A stretch of 64,000 bases of DNA, taken from positions 1,163 through 65,162 of the forward strand of contig CAWAXS010000007.1 of NCBI GenBank assembly GCA_963786055.1, read 5' to 3'. This DNA is from an uncultured Actinomycetes bacterium. GTDB lineage: Bacteria; Actinomycetota; Thermoleophilia; Gaiellales; Gaiellaceae. Shown here piece after piece: positions 63,765-64,000 of the stretch (position 1 is the first letter of the stretch; each line of letters starts with the position of its first letter). The notes below the pieces were generated by a model, which saw only the letters and a program-made list of their open reading frames with translations, made no database searches and was not told the origin of the DNA. A program made the position numbers and the translations under genes.

Positions 63765-64000
63765 CCGCCGGCGCGGCCCGCGTCTCGCTCTACGCGGCCC
63801 TCGGCGTCGCCTGGGTCGCAGCCGCGTGGCTGCTCGCGGGAAGCGTCGTCCCTGACGACCTCTCCCTCCCGCGGGTCGACGTCGACGCCGTGTTCGGCAA
63901 GGCGCTGGTCGACCGAGCGGAGCGGTACGAGCGCTTCCTGTACGTGGACTGGGCGCTCGCCCAGGTCGTGCTGCTGGCGACGCTCGCCGTCTACGCGAAG
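63761..64000 (+). CDS. Probable M48 (Ste24/HtpX-like) peptidase, N-terminal part (3' end outside window)
   Basis: The GTG at 63761 overlaps the corrected upstream stop (GTGA). An N-terminal TM is followed by LPRVDVDAVFGKALVDRAERYERFLYVDW, resembling the Peptidase_M48_N region. The catalytic HExxH lies beyond the window. Confidence 0.45.
   Translation, partial: MTAGAARVSLYAALGVAWVAAAWLLAGSVVPDDLSLPRVDVDAVFGKALVDRAERYERFLYVDWALAQVVLLATLAVYAK

Overview
Very high-G+C, Actinomycetota-like chromosomal window. It is almost fully coding and mostly on the minus strand. I saw no rRNA, tRNA, CRISPR array, integrase or transposase.

**Backbone.** A conserved housekeeping array reads on the minus strand as rpmE - DUF1385 - prfA - prmC - tsaC - glyA - upp - wecA ... 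atpZ/atpI-like-atpBEFHAG ... atpDC - metH. Several accessory blocks interrupt it:
- Two OsmC genes between DUF1385 and prfA.
- A secreted FN3x5/RTX protein between tsaC and glyA.
- A ~10 kb block between wecA and the atp genes. It holds a DLH hydrolase, an S2P-CBS protease, prs, a small low-GC insert, a PRTase, an ABM protein, rtcB, archease, an eRF1-like protein, a class III cyclase and an a/b hydrolase.
- About 13.6 kb between atpG and atpD, holding a Dpp/Opp-type ABC peptide transporter and a MoxR-DUF58-vWA (Bat-like) module.

The left third holds metabolic and transport genes: proline dehydrogenase with a DapA-family lyase, crotonase, acyl-CoA dehydrogenase, a persulfide-dioxygenase-rhodanese fusion, threonine dehydratase with MeaB, MFS and EamA transporters, and a secreted glycoside hydrolase flanked by two holin-family-IV-like genes.

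**Observations worth a second look:**
1. The F1Fo operon is split between gamma and beta.
2. An archease-eRF1-like-cyclase operon lies divergent from rtcB.
3. A REP-like palindrome family (GGTGTCCGAC-N4-GTCGGACACC) carries compensatory stem changes.
4. The spacer between the two ABC ATPase genes holds a tandem ~70-nt hairpin repeat with covariation.
5. A low-GC ~0.8 kb insert at the prs 3' end is bounded by a 17-nt direct repeat.
6. At least ten single-nucleotide frame disruptions occur, including in the normally essential atpG and prs. This most likely reflects indel errors in the sequence rather than biology.
7. 4-nt GTGA/ATGA start-stop overlaps and TAnnnT boxes 6-9 nt upstream of start codons (leaderless-type starts) recur across the window.

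Many long ORFs in the six-frame track are antisense or off-frame artefacts of the G+C content and were not called.
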